53,556 nt of DNA, from positions 91 through 53,646 of the forward strand of contig JABDBO010000001.1 of NCBI GenBank assembly GCA_013288575.1, in the 5' to 3' direction. Position 1 is the stretch's first letter; the number at the start of each line of letters is the position of its first letter. The position numbers were made by a program, and so were the translations under genes. Source of the DNA: Alphaproteobacteria bacterium. GTDB taxonomy: Bacteria > Pseudomonadota > Alphaproteobacteria > Rickettsiales > 21-14-0-20-44-7. The notes beneath the pieces are model-generated. The model saw only the letters and a list, made by a program, of their open reading frames with translations. It ran no database searches and was not told where the DNA came from. Shown in pieces: positions 15,296-24,572 of the stretch.

Positions 15296-15378
15296 TAAAT
15301 ATAATTAATTCGTTGGCTTAAACTGGGGCAAGGTTTATCATAATATAATCTTTATGAAGCAACAAATATAAATACCAT

Positions 15379-17301
15379 ATGAAAACACGCCATATTATTC
15401 GTTCCACCGCCATTGCTTTGGCAATTATAATCACCTCAGGCAATGCCGCATTGGCAGATCCACCAGCACGGGTTGGGCGTTTGAGTTATATGGATGGCAC
15501 AGTATCATTTCACACCGGTGACCAGGATCAATGGGCACAGGCAACGATGAATTATCCGATCACAAATGGTGATGCGCTTTGGACAGAACCGGATTCACGC
15601 GCGGAAGTGCAGGTTGGCTCGGCGGAAATTCGGCTCGACCAGTCTACGGAAGTTGATGTTATAAAACTTGATGATACTGGTACTCAATTGCAAGTTCCGC
15701 AAGGCGTGGTGAATGTGCATTTGCACCGTGAAATGCCACATGGTGGTGTGCAGGTGTTTACGCCAAATGGTGAAATTGATTTGGTAAAACCAGGCAGCTA
15801 TCACATTGATTCTGGACAACCGAACGGTGATCAGCCGGCAGCCCAAGTTACAGCAACCGTATTGGAAGGCGAAGTGAACATCGCTGCGCCGCATGCAAGC
15901 GTTGCAGTTCTCGCCGGTGAATCAGCAGTTTTAACTGGTAACCCGCCATCATTCTCATTGCAGGAAGGAAACGCAACTCCGTTTGATAACTGGGCGCTCT
16001 CGCGTGAAAAACGTGAAGTGACGCCGCTGGCGACAACTTATGTTCCGCAAGGAATGACAGGTTATCAGGATTTGGATAGTTATGGTAATTGGGGCAGTGA
16101 CCCAGAGTACGGTGTTGTGTGGTATCCAACTGCGACAATCGCACCGGATTGGGCACCATATCGTTATGGCCACTGGGCCTATGTTGCACCTTGGGGTTGG
16201 ACATGGGTTGATGATGCAGCTTGGGGCTTTGCACCATTCCACTATGGACGCTGGGTGCAAATTAATAACCGCTGGTGCTGGTCGCCAGGTGAGCGCCATT
16301 TCCATCCAGTTTATGCGCCTGCACTCGTTACCTTCATCGGTGGTAATGGCTGTAATGTAAGTTCGAGTCCAGCAGTTGGTTGGGTGCCGCTTGCTCCGCG
16401 TGAAGTTTATCATCCGTATTATAATGTCAGTGTTGATTATGCGCGCCGCGTCAATGGAGCTTATGTAAATAAAACCGTGGTGAATAATATTACCATCAAT
16501 AATATTCATAATAATTCCGACCATTTTGCTAACCGTGGTTTTGCAACTGTAGTTACGGCAAAAGCTTTTACTAATGCAGAACCTGTGCATAAGTCTTTGG
16601 TGAATGTGAGACCGGATGAAATTGCTAAAGCGCCGGTTACTCCGACAATTGAACATTTACAACCTGCACCTGCTGCGCGTGCACCAGGGCATGATTTGAC
16701 TACGGGAGCAAGAGCAGAGTTGCCGCATCATGACCAGAATCGTTTCCAGAATAGCCAGATGCGTGCTCCAGAAACGCCAAGAGTGGAACGTCCAACTGTA
16801 ACAACATCAACTGCACCGGCTGTGGTGAATGAGCGCTCTACACCGCAAGTGCAAGCTCCGGCAAACCAGCCAGTTGTGCCTCATCCATTTAATCAATCAG
16901 GAAACCAGTTTGCAAGACAGCCGAATATTATTCGCGGTGCTCAGCAATCAAATAATATTCAGCAGGAAGATAGGCATGATCACACGCCCGGTGCGCCGGT
17001 TGTACAAAGGCCAAGCATAGCTACGCCGGTAACACCACATGTTTCGGAACCTCAAGTATCGCAGCCACAAGTCGCGCAACCGCAAAGGCAGCAGTTCCAA
17101 AATATGCAGGTTAACCATCCGGTGCAGCAAACGCATATTGCACCAACTCCGCAAGGATGGCAGCGTCAGCAACAAGCTCCGCGTGTTGAGCAAAAGCAGC
17201 AAGAGCAGCCTCCTCGCCCGGAACGAGTGCCGCAACAACAAGCGCAGCCCCAGGCGAATGGTAACCAACGTGATTCACGCGACCCGCGTGACCAACATTG
17301 A
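15379..17301 (+). CDS. Secreted FecR-like / W-rich repeat (DUF6600-like) protein with a Q/P-rich C-terminal region
   Basis: Signal peptide (AIIITSGNAALA), then an N-terminal beta-rich FecR-like segment (GRLSYMDGTVSF...AEVQVGSAEIRL). A Trp-rich block follows (YGNWGSDPEYGVVWYP...YRYGHWAYVAPWGWTWVDDAAWGFAPFHYGRW). The last ~200 aa are Q/P-rich and low in complexity. Confidence 0.65.
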   Translation: MKTRHIIRSTAIALAIIITSGNAALADPPARVGRLSYMDGTVSFHTGDQDQWAQATMNYPITNGDALWTEPDSRAEVQVGSAEIRLDQSTEVDVIKLDDTGTQLQVPQGVVNVHLHREMPHGGVQVFTPNGEIDLVKPGSYHIDSGQPNGDQPAAQVTATVLEGEVNIAAPHASVAVLAGESAVLTGNPPSFSLQEGNATPFDNWALSREKREVTPLATTYVPQGMTGYQDLDSYGNWGSDPEYGVVWYPTATIAPDWAPYRYGHWAYVAPWGWTWVDDAAWGFAPFHYGRWVQINNRWCWSPGERHFHPVYAPALVTFIGGNGCNVSSSPAVGWVPLAPREVYHPYYNVSVDYARRVNGAYVNKTVVNNITINNIHNNSDHFANRGFATVVTAKAFTNAEPVHKSLVNVRPDEIAKAPVTPTIEHLQPAPAARAPGHDLTTGARAELPHHDQNRFQNSQMRAPETPRVERPTVTTSTAPAVVNERSTPQVQAPANQPVVPHPFNQSGNQFARQPNIIRGAQQSNNIQQEDRHDHTPGAPVVQRPSIATPVTPHVSEPQVSQPQVAQPQRQQFQNMQVNHPVQQTHIAPTPQGWQRQQQAPRVEQKQQEQPPRPERVPQQQAQPQANGNQRDSRDPRDQH

Positions 17302-17302
17302 T

Positions 17303-17743
17303 TTAAGTAGTTTTTAGATTTTTTAAATAATGGCTGAGCTTGGCGCGCAGCTCAATGTTGCTGAATGGTTTTGAGATATAATCATTCATTCCATTAGAAA
17401 TGCATTTTTCCTGATCACCAATCAGCGTGAGTGCGGTCATGGCAATTACCGGCACTTCTGCGCGACTCATATCTTTTTCAATTTGCCTGATTTGTTGAGT
17501 GGCCTCATAACCGCTTAAGCCATTCATATGGACATCCATTAAAACTAACGAGTAATTATTGGTGCGATATTTTTCAACCGCTTCTACGCCATCATGGGCG
17601 ATATCATAATCATAACCAAATTCATCCAGCCAAGCTTTTGCGACCAGAATGTTTGATTGCTCATCTTCAACTAATAAAATCTTTGCCATTTCTAACAAAG
17701 ATTCCTTAATGGTTGTAGATGATTTAGTCATAGAAATCGCCAT
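17303..17743 (-). CDS. Single-domain response regulator (CheY-like receiver)
   Basis: KILLVEDE, the phospho-acceptor context LVLMDVHMNGLSG, VIAMTA and YISKPF. There is no output domain. Confidence 0.85.
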   Translation of the reverse strand: MAISMTKSSTTIKESLLEMAKILLVEDEQSNILVAKAWLDEFGYDYDIAHDGVEAVEKYRTNNYSLVLMDVHMNGLSGYEATQQIRQIEKDMSRAEVPVIAMTALTLIGDQEKCISNGMNDYISKPFSNIELRAKLSHYLKNLKTT

Positions 17744-17848
17744 GGTTGTATCTAGCTCTTATTTTTGCGAGATAACAAGCTAAATCCAGACGGAAATTTT
17801 ATCTCTTTGTTCCTATGCTTTTTATGTAACAATGTTTTAGGGGGGAAT

Positions 17849-18013
17849 ATGAGTATTTTTCAGCGAATATCATGCGGAATAAATAACTTATTTCATGGAA
17901 AAAAGTCTGAAGTGTGCAAAATAAAAGAAGCGCATAATAGGCTTAGCACCAAACAAGTAGATAAAACAATTGATGATAGTTTTCCGGCAAGTGACCCGCC
18001 TAGCTGGTATTAG
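17849..18013 (+). CDS. Small hypothetical protein, 54 aa, with C-terminal DSFPASDPPSW motif
   Basis: ATG at 17849 lies after an AGGGGGG SD. The upstream part of the 82-aa track ORF has no SD. Confidence 0.45.
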   Translation: MSIFQRISCGINNLFHGKKSEVCKIKEAHNRLSTKQVDKTIDDSFPASDPPSWY

Positions 18014-18164
18014 CAAACCTATTGATATTTTTGATATAAAAACACATTTGCTTTAAGCTTCTGTTAATTTCTTTTTATTATTATACAACCATAAGTCGAG
18101 TATCTTCAATAGGATAATCTTCTTGGGGTTGAAGGTAAAAAAGATAAAAAAATGGGAGTTAAGG

Positions 18165-18728
18165 ATGAAATTAGGTAAATTTTTTAAGTTAGGATTTGTA
18201 CCATTATTAACGGGTAGCTTATTGGCAACAAATGCTCTTGCTGCATCAAACGGTACTTTAGGGGCAACATCTACCGGTACGGTAAATATTAGTATTACGA
18301 AATCCATGCAGGCACAAATTTCGGATATTACTGATATGGTATTGGCAAGCTGGAATATCGGTGACCCGGCAGTACAATTATATAGCAACTTGTGTATTTA
18401 TTCCTCTACGGGCAATTATAAAGTAACGGCAACTGGTAGCGGAACTTCGAACGCTTTTACAATTTCAAACGGCACTTCGACAATTCCATATAGCGTGGTT
18501 TGGAACTCTGGCCCGGCAGGTAGTTTGGCGAGCACCGGCACTTCACTTACAACGAACACACAATCTGGCGCATTTGCAAATGCAAGCATGGCAGCGGCAA
18601 ATTGCGGTGGTTCGACAAATGATACGGCACGAGTAGTAGTGAATATTCCGCAAGCAACCATGCAAGCAGCTCCTGGTAGTGCAACTGCATATACCGGCAC
18701 GCTTACCATGTTAGTGACACCGAACTAA
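18165..18728 (+). CDS. Fimbrial subunit of a chaperone-usher system (SCPU/Csu-type or DUF4402-like), 187 aa
   Basis: AAGGA SD, and a signal peptide ending in NALA. It has an N-terminal alternating hydrophobic strand (GTVNISITKS) and two Cys, and it ends in YTGTLTMLVTPN. It is paralogous to the next ORF. Confidence 0.65.
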   Translation: MKLGKFFKLGFVPLLTGSLLATNALAASNGTLGATSTGTVNISITKSMQAQISDITDMVLASWNIGDPAVQLYSNLCIYSSTGNYKVTATGSGTSNAFTISNGTSTIPYSVVWNSGPAGSLASTGTSLTTNTQSGAFANASMAAANCGGSTNDTARVVVNIPQATMQAAPGSATAYTGTLTMLVTPN

Positions 18729-18729
18729 A

Positions 18730-19212
18730 ATGAAACGGCTGCTGCTTAGCCTGGTGATTGTTTTAAGTTTCGCGCAAGCAGCTAATGCATTGTTGTTTGT
18801 AAGGCTCACCGGGATGCAGGATATAAATTATACTGGATGGGTAATTGGCAATGGAGCAATTACTAGTTCGCAAGATGTTTGCGTTTACAGCACTCTTGCG
18901 CTTGGCAGCCCGTATGCAATTACGGTGACTGGTTCTGGCGGATTTAATTTGGTGAGTGGTACTAATAATTTGGCCTACACAATTACCTGGGATGATTCGG
19001 GGCCGGGAAGTTTAGGCTCGCATCCAATTAATTTAACCAGCGGCGTGAAAGTGCAAAATTTGCAGAACGCGAATTTCAATTTATTTCATGATGATTGCAG
19101 CGTTGAAGGCATGAATGCGCGGCTGACTTTTTCAATCACTCAAGCAGCGATGATGGCAGCGCCAGCAGGAACATATACTGGCACATTGACTATCCTTCTC
19201 TCGCAAACTTAA
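18730..19212 (+). CDS. Fimbrial subunit paralog, 160 aa
   Basis: Signal peptide ending in AQA. It shares blocks with the preceding ORF: C(I/V)YS, Y.(V/I)T(A/V)TGSG, Y(S/T)(V/I).W(N/D)(S/D)GPGSL and AAPG..YTGTLT(M/I)L. Confidence 0.65.
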   Translation: MKRLLLSLVIVLSFAQAANALLFVRLTGMQDINYTGWVIGNGAITSSQDVCVYSTLALGSPYAITVTGSGGFNLVSGTNNLAYTITWDDSGPGSLGSHPINLTSGVKVQNLQNANFNLFHDDCSVEGMNARLTFSITQAAMMAAPAGTYTGTLTILLSQT

Positions 19213-19309
19213 GTTATAATTAACTTATATATTTCAATTAGATAATAACAATATTTTAATTCATTTCCTGTACAACTATAGGTAGAAAACAATTTTTGCC
19301 AAGTAGGTT

Positions 19310-21709
19310 ATGGGGAATTTTTGCAGGTATTTGCAGATGATTTTTTTAAGCGCTTTTTTATGTGGCGCTTATTCATCTGCGCATGCTGAAATTTTTGTAA
19401 AACCTGGTGCTCCTGCAAGCTTTGCTGATATGGAAAAACCAAAAGCAACAGTAGTTGATGTTTTCTTCGGTGGAAAATCTATCGGCAGTTTCAAAGGAAA
19501 ATTTTCGCCAACAAGTTTTTGGTTTGATGCGCCGGAAAAAATTATTGCCAAACTCGATAATGTAAAAGATGAAAACAAAATCCAAGTGCAAAGTGCATTA
19601 GGCGCCGAGTTACCAAATAACGCCGGTCAAATTTGCCGCAAATATCAGGAAAAAAATTGCGGCATATTAAGCCCGGAAGTTACTGGAGTGATTTTTGACG
19701 AAGAAAAATTCCGCGTCGATATTTTCATCAACAAAGATTTTTTGAAACTACAGGATAATTCTTCTGCGCGATATCTGCCGGGTGCCGAGCAGAAGTTTTC
19801 ATCCATTCTCGGTTTAAGTGGCGCAGTTGCCGGCAGCACTAATGCGCAAACTAATTTTACTATCAATGACAACACAACTTATTCATTCGGCGAAACCAAC
19901 CTCAACACGCAAAGCTCAGTTTCCAACCAGGGTTTGCGTTTTGATAACGTTGTAGCCAGCCGCGATATTGAAGGCGTAAATCAGCAAGCTGGGCTTTTTA
20001 GAAGCCGGGCGATGCAATTAATTCCTGACCATGATATGGCAGGCGTGGCAATTTCCACTTCGATGAATACGCGGCTTGATGCGCATAAGGTGCAGGGTAA
20101 TGATGTTGCGGTTTATTTGCCGCGCCGCTCGTGGGTTTCAATTTACCGCGACGGAAAATTATATTCTTCGAATTTCTATGAAGCCGGCAACCAACTCATC
20201 GACACCACAGAATTGCCGGAAGGTGCATATTTCATTACGCTTCATATTCAAGGCTCCGATGGTTCGGTAACGGAAGAGCGCCGCTTCTTCGCCAAATCAC
20301 CAGATCTGCCGCCGCCAGGTGATCCGGTATATTATGCTGAAGGTGGCGTTATCAGAAAACCGGCGCAGCTTGATGACACGATGCCAAATATCACTGATCA
20401 TCCGATTATGCGCTTAGGAACGGTGCAACGTTTAACTGAGTATTTGGGAGTGGACACCGGCCTTCTCGGTCTTGATGACCAAGTGGCAGGCGAGGCGAGT
20501 TTCTTTGGTATGTATGACGGGCAAAAAATTCGCACTTCCATAATGAGTAGCTCACGTGGTGATTATGGTCTGCAGGCTTCTTATGAAGCAATTTTTGATA
20601 AACTCTCCGTTTCAATGGATACGCGTAAAGTATGGGCGGGGGATGATAGGCACCCGGCTTATGACCCGGTTAGCAATGGGTTGGCGCAAACTACAGCGAC
20701 AATCAATTACCAGATTACGCCTGATCTAACCGCTAGCGCGCATTATAATAACAGTTGGCAAGAAAATTCATCAACGCAAAATTCTTATGGCCCTGGCTTG
20801 GAATACTACGCTTGGCGGAGTGGAGAAAATAGTTTGGCCTTCACGACTGATGTTAGCAAAACAAATCAGGGTGTGGTTGGCACAGCATTCGTTCGCTTTA
20901 GCATGAAACTTGGTGAGTGGGGATTAAGCGGCACGACAGGTGCCACCGCTGGCGGCAGTAACCATGGTGAAATGGGTAATGTGCACGGAACCTGGAGCGA
21001 TGATAAATCAATCGATCATAAAACGCTGGCGGGAATTGGTTTTGATTCTGACCGCAATAGCAGAAGTATTGGTGGTGATATTCAATATAATGACAATTTC
21101 GGCATGGCCAAAGGCAATGTGCAAGAAGCACAAAATACGAACGGCAATATGTTGAACTATGGCGGCCAATTTAATTTTGGCGTGGCGCAAGTAGGTGACC
21201 GCATCGAAGTTGGCGGCGATAGAATGGATTGGAGCGCAGTGATTGTTGACGTTACAGGTGATGCCGGAATTCCGATGCAGATTATGGTCAACAACATCCC
21301 GCGCCAAAATGTGATGCCGGGCACAAGCCAGACAATTTATCTATCCCCTTACCAAACTTATGCGGTGCGAATAGTCGCGGCCAAAGATGGTTTGTATGAT
21401 TATGACACCGGCAACCGCGCTGTGACACTTTATCCTGGCAATGTAACCAAGTTGGAATGGGAGGTGGATAAAGCGGTTTTATTAGTTGGGCATGTGGTTG
21501 ATAAGGATGGAAATATATTAGTGAACGCAACTTTATTGGCGGGTAAAAACCAGATTGTTACCAATGAAGATGGTCGCTTCCAGGCTGAAGTTCACTCGGC
21601 TAAAACGCTACAATTCCAGAAAGATGATGTGATATGTACCGTAACTCTGCCGCTAGCAGAAGAAAAGAATGGCGTACTAGTTTATAGAGATAAGTTGGTG
21701 TGTGAGTAA
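19310..21709 (+). CDS. Outer-membrane usher-like protein, 799 aa
   Basis: Signal peptide, a size appropriate for a large beta-rich usher, and a C-terminal beta-sandwich-like segment (VGHVVDKDGNILVNATLLAGKNQIVTNEDGRFQAEV). Its position after the pilin genes and next to the chaperone also supports the call. The family (classical versus TcfC/CooC-like) is not resolvable by eye. Confidence 0.6.
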   Translation: MGNFCRYLQMIFLSAFLCGAYSSAHAEIFVKPGAPASFADMEKPKATVVDVFFGGKSIGSFKGKFSPTSFWFDAPEKIIAKLDNVKDENKIQVQSALGAELPNNAGQICRKYQEKNCGILSPEVTGVIFDEEKFRVDIFINKDFLKLQDNSSARYLPGAEQKFSSILGLSGAVAGSTNAQTNFTINDNTTYSFGETNLNTQSSVSNQGLRFDNVVASRDIEGVNQQAGLFRSRAMQLIPDHDMAGVAISTSMNTRLDAHKVQGNDVAVYLPRRSWVSIYRDGKLYSSNFYEAGNQLIDTTELPEGAYFITLHIQGSDGSVTEERRFFAKSPDLPPPGDPVYYAEGGVIRKPAQLDDTMPNITDHPIMRLGTVQRLTEYLGVDTGLLGLDDQVAGEASFFGMYDGQKIRTSIMSSSRGDYGLQASYEAIFDKLSVSMDTRKVWAGDDRHPAYDPVSNGLAQTTATINYQITPDLTASAHYNNSWQENSSTQNSYGPGLEYYAWRSGENSLAFTTDVSKTNQGVVGTAFVRFSMKLGEWGLSGTTGATAGGSNHGEMGNVHGTWSDDKSIDHKTLAGIGFDSDRNSRSIGGDIQYNDNFGMAKGNVQEAQNTNGNMLNYGGQFNFGVAQVGDRIEVGGDRMDWSAVIVDVTGDAGIPMQIMVNNIPRQNVMPGTSQTIYLSPYQTYAVRIVAAKDGLYDYDTGNRAVTLYPGNVTKLEWEVDKAVLLVGHVVDKDGNILVNATLLAGKNQIVTNEDGRFQAEVHSAKTLQFQKDDVICTVTLPLAEEKNGVLVYRDKLVCE

Positions 21710-21714
21710 CTAAA

Positions 21715-22398
21715 TTAAAATTCCTTCTTCTCTAATTTCTCACCATCCCAGATAAAATAAGTTGCGGTAGTAGAGAAGGGGAGTTCCATGCTTGTTTCCT
21801 GCCCAGGATAGATGCGAGTAAGCGGCAGCGGTTTGCAATCTTTCTTCTCAACTGGGTCTACGCATTGTTCGCCTGATTGCAAAATAACATTTGTGTTACC
21901 GCTATTTTTAAAAGTGATTTTATTTCCGGTGCGGTTGCCGGTTAAATTTGGCGCTGGATTAAGTGGGCGGACAATCACCAGCGCTTCATAACCGATCAAA
22001 ACTTTCAGTGCCATTTTGGAATTTGATGAAACATCATTTATTACCGGTTTAATAATTACGCGATAAATATGCTCGCTATCATCGGCATCTCTTAAAAGCA
22101 CGAAGCGCATATTTTTTCTGCCGCCCGGTGGCAATATAGTTTTATCTGGCGTAACTAAAATTCCCGCGTCTTCAGGGTTTTTTATCTCAACATGTTTCTC
22201 ATTGGCCAGACCGGGGTTTTGCACTTCATAAACTTGGGTAATGATATAATCACTTTCCTGGCCCTGGCTGATAAGCTCAATATCTTGTTGCTTGGAATTC
22301 TTATTAAAATCAACAATGGCTGAACTTAAGATAAATGCAGCCTGCGCATTTGGTGTGGGAATTAAGAGTAAAATCAACGCTAGATATATTTTTTTCAT
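21715..22398 (-). CDS. Periplasmic fimbrial chaperone (PapD-like), 227 aa
   Basis: Signal peptide ending in AQA, the two-domain size, and LVTPDKTILPPGGRKNMRFVL resembling the PapD-like PP.f.l.pg..q.lRi strand. It is convergent with the usher with only a 5-nt gap. Confidence 0.6.
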   Translation of the reverse strand: MKKIYLALILLLIPTPNAQAAFILSSAIVDFNKNSKQQDIELISQGQESDYIITQVYEVQNPGLANEKHVEIKNPEDAGILVTPDKTILPPGGRKNMRFVLLRDADDSEHIYRVIIKPVINDVSSNSKMALKVLIGYEALVIVRPLNPAPNLTGNRTGNKITFKNSGNTNVILQSGEQCVDPVEKKDCKPLPLTRIYPGQETSMELPFSTTATYFIWDGEKLEKKEF

Positions 22399-22533
22399 CC
22401 AGTTTCATATAACACAAAACTCGTTTAATTTCAACCATAAGTTGCATAAACTTCTGTGCTGTCCCGAATGGTCTTGTATAGAGAATGGGAGTTGTTATAT
22501 AATATAAGCATTAACAACATAGGTATTAAACCA

Positions 22534-23250
22534 ATGACAGATTACACCAAATTAAACACTGCAACTGCGCAAACAGCTGTTGACTATGATGCTGGCCTAC
22601 GCGCATTTATGCTGAAAGTTTATAATTACATGACCATGGCTTTGGTTATGAGTGGGGCAATTGCTTATTTTGCCGGAACTTCTGTGGAATTTCAAAATAC
22701 GATAATGGCCAATCACGCGCTGGTTTATATAATTATGTTTGCGCCATTGGTTCTGGTTTTTATATTTTCGATGCGCCTACAAAGCATGAGCCTGCAAGCC
22801 ACGCAAGCACTTTACTGGGTTTTCTCGGCAGTAATGGGGCTTTCATTATGGTTCGTTTTCGCAATTTATACGCGCGAAAGCATTGTTGAAACCTTCTTCA
22901 TTACCGCGGCAACTTTTGGCGGCATGAGCTTGTTCGGCTATACAACAAAACGTGATTTAACCGGTATGGGCCACTTCATGATTATGGGTTTGTGGGGAAT
23001 TATCATCGCCTCAATCATCAATATTTTCATGCATAACTCGATGGCAAGTTTGCTAATTTCAGTATTGGGCGTGGTGATTTTCACCGGGCTTACTGCTTAT
23101 GATACGCAAAAACTCAAGCAGTATTATTATATGGGCGGCAGCGATGCGACAGCTTCAGGCAAATTGGCAATCTCAGGCGCATTGAATCTTTACCTGGATT
23201 TCCTCAACTTGTTCTTAATGCTGCTCAGATTGATGGGCAATCGTAGATAA
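22534..23250 (+). CDS. Bax inhibitor-1/YccA family membrane protein
   Basis: Starts at MTDYTKLN and contains DAGLRAFMLKVYNYM. It has 7 hydrophobic helices and TAYDTQKLK. The upstream 26 codons of the track ORF are probably not translated. Confidence 0.85.
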   Translation: MTDYTKLNTATAQTAVDYDAGLRAFMLKVYNYMTMALVMSGAIAYFAGTSVEFQNTIMANHALVYIIMFAPLVLVFIFSMRLQSMSLQATQALYWVFSAVMGLSLWFVFAIYTRESIVETFFITAATFGGMSLFGYTTKRDLTGMGHFMIMGLWGIIIASIINIFMHNSMASLLISVLGVVIFTGLTAYDTQKLKQYYYMGGSDATASGKLAISGALNLYLDFLNLFLMLLRLMGNRR

Positions 23251-23277
23251 AATATCGGATATCAAATTTCATATGTC

Positions 23278-23309
23278 AGAGAGGTTCATGAAAATGAGCC
23301 TCTCTTTTT
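23278..23309 (+). terminator. Rho-independent terminator of the BI-1 gene
   Basis: AGAGAGG(T)TCAT-gaaa-ATGA(G)CCTCTCT is followed by TTTTT. It is embedded in a larger palindrome at 23258-23340. Confidence 0.8.
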
Positions 23310-23346
23310 ATTTGACATCTGACACCTGGCATTTGATATCTAGAAA

Positions 23347-23943
23347 ATGCCTCATTTGGAAATAGAAAAATCATTGGCTGGAATAATCTGCGGAATTGAT
23401 GAAGCAGGGCGCGGACCTTGGGCGGGGCCGGTAGTTGCCGCGGCGGTAATTTTGGGTGAGCAAGTTCCAACCGGAATTGATGATTCTAAAAAATTGAAAC
23501 CACAAAAGCGCGAAGAAATTTACCAAAAGATAATCGAAACCTGCCGCTATGGAATTGGCCAGGCCAGCGTTGAGGAAATTGATAGTTTAAATATCCTCCA
23601 AGCCACCAAACTTGCCATGCTCCGCGCCTATGAAGCTTTGAACACAGCTTGCGACCATGCGCTGATAGATGGCAACCAACTGCCGCACCTGCCATGCAAA
23701 ATGCAATATGTCATAAAAGGCGATTCGGTAAGCTATTCAATTGCCGCCGCCAGTATTATTGCCAAAGTAACGCGTGACCGAATTTTACAGGAATTACACG
23801 CAGAATTCCCCCATTACAACTGGGCCGGGAATAAAGGCTATGGCACCGCTGACCATATTCAAGGTATTGAAAAACATGGAATTTCTATTCACCACCGCCG
23901 TTCCTATGCTCCCATCCGCGCTAGGTTGGAAACCGCGGTCTAG
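23347..23943 (+). CDS. rnhB: Ribonuclease HII
   Basis: 198 aa with GIDEAGRGPWAGPVVAAAV and DDSKKL motifs. Confidence 0.93.
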   Translation: MPHLEIEKSLAGIICGIDEAGRGPWAGPVVAAAVILGEQVPTGIDDSKKLKPQKREEIYQKIIETCRYGIGQASVEEIDSLNILQATKLAMLRAYEALNTACDHALIDGNQLPHLPCKMQYVIKGDSVSYSIAAASIIAKVTRDRILQELHAEFPHYNWAGNKGYGTADHIQGIEKHGISIHHRRSYAPIRARLETAV

Positions 23944-24017
23944 AGCCAATTTATGAAGCTTTTGTGAAAGGGCTTTTTTGGGTTGAAAAGAATGTCTAGT
24001 TATAATAGAATTTAGAT

Positions 24018-24368
24018 ATGGCAGATAACCCAGGCATAAATTCAGCGCTCCAATCACTTATTGCTGGTCAAAACGCCCCTAAGGCTCCACGTACTGGCGC
24101 CCTCGAATTACCATTTAATGACATTGTTGCGGCACTAAAAAGTGGCTTGGGTCTGAGTGGTGATAAAATTAATGCCCTTGGTAAGGGCGCATTTGGCGAT
24201 CCTTCCAATATGGTAGGAGGTTTTAGGCTTCCTACGAGTTTAGCTGCGCCTTCTAAACAAGGTCCTGCAGTCAAAACTGCGATAGACCAATCCGTATATG
24301 GTGGTAGTGGTCCTGTAGACCCTAGTAGCGGTTTACCTGCTACAGGCGATTCTAGAAATAGGCAATAG
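24018..24368 (+). CDS. Hypothetical G/P/S-rich protein, 116 aa
   Basis: ATG-initiated ORF with no recognisable family, and it is probably disordered. The larger antisense ORF (24068-24496) has no better support. Confidence 0.4.
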   Translation: MADNPGINSALQSLIAGQNAPKAPRTGALELPFNDIVAALKSGLGLSGDKINALGKGAFGDPSNMVGGFRLPTSLAAPSKQGPAVKTAIDQSVYGGSGPVDPSSGLPATGDSRNRQ

Positions 24369-24374
24369 TCAGAA

Positions 24375-24572
24375 GTGACAATCCTCACAATATTAATCGG
24401 AATTCTTATGCTTGGCGCGGTTGGCGCCCTTCTTTTTGGCATCGTATTAATGGCTAAAGGCGGCGGCAAGGAAAACGAACTTCGCCAAAACCGCATGATG
24501 AGCTACCGCATCTGGTTCCAAGCCGGGGCGATATTGCTGATTGTTTTGGCGTTCTCGGTGTTTAAGAAATAG
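24375..24572 (+). CDS. Twin transmembrane helix small protein (HIG1-like)
   Basis: 65 aa with two TM helices separated by NELRQNRMMSYRIWFQ, which resembles the HIG1-type R-x-R-x3-Q loop. The start codon is GTG. Confidence 0.65.
   Translation: MTILTILIGILMLGAVGALLFGIVLMAKGGGKENELRQNRMMSYRIWFQAGAILLIVLAFSVFKK

Noticed and set aside
15955-16656. 233-aa minus-strand ORF inside the FecR-like/Trp-repeat gene
   Set aside because: It is antisense to a longer ORF that has a signal peptide and coherent domain structure. Its translation is I/R/C-rich and implausible.
24068-24496. 142-aa minus-strand ORF spanning the 116-aa and HIG1-like genes
   Set aside because: It would overlap the well-supported twin-TM HIG1-like gene on the opposite strand, and it has no SD or motif. 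The 116-aa plus-strand gene is itself only weakly supported.
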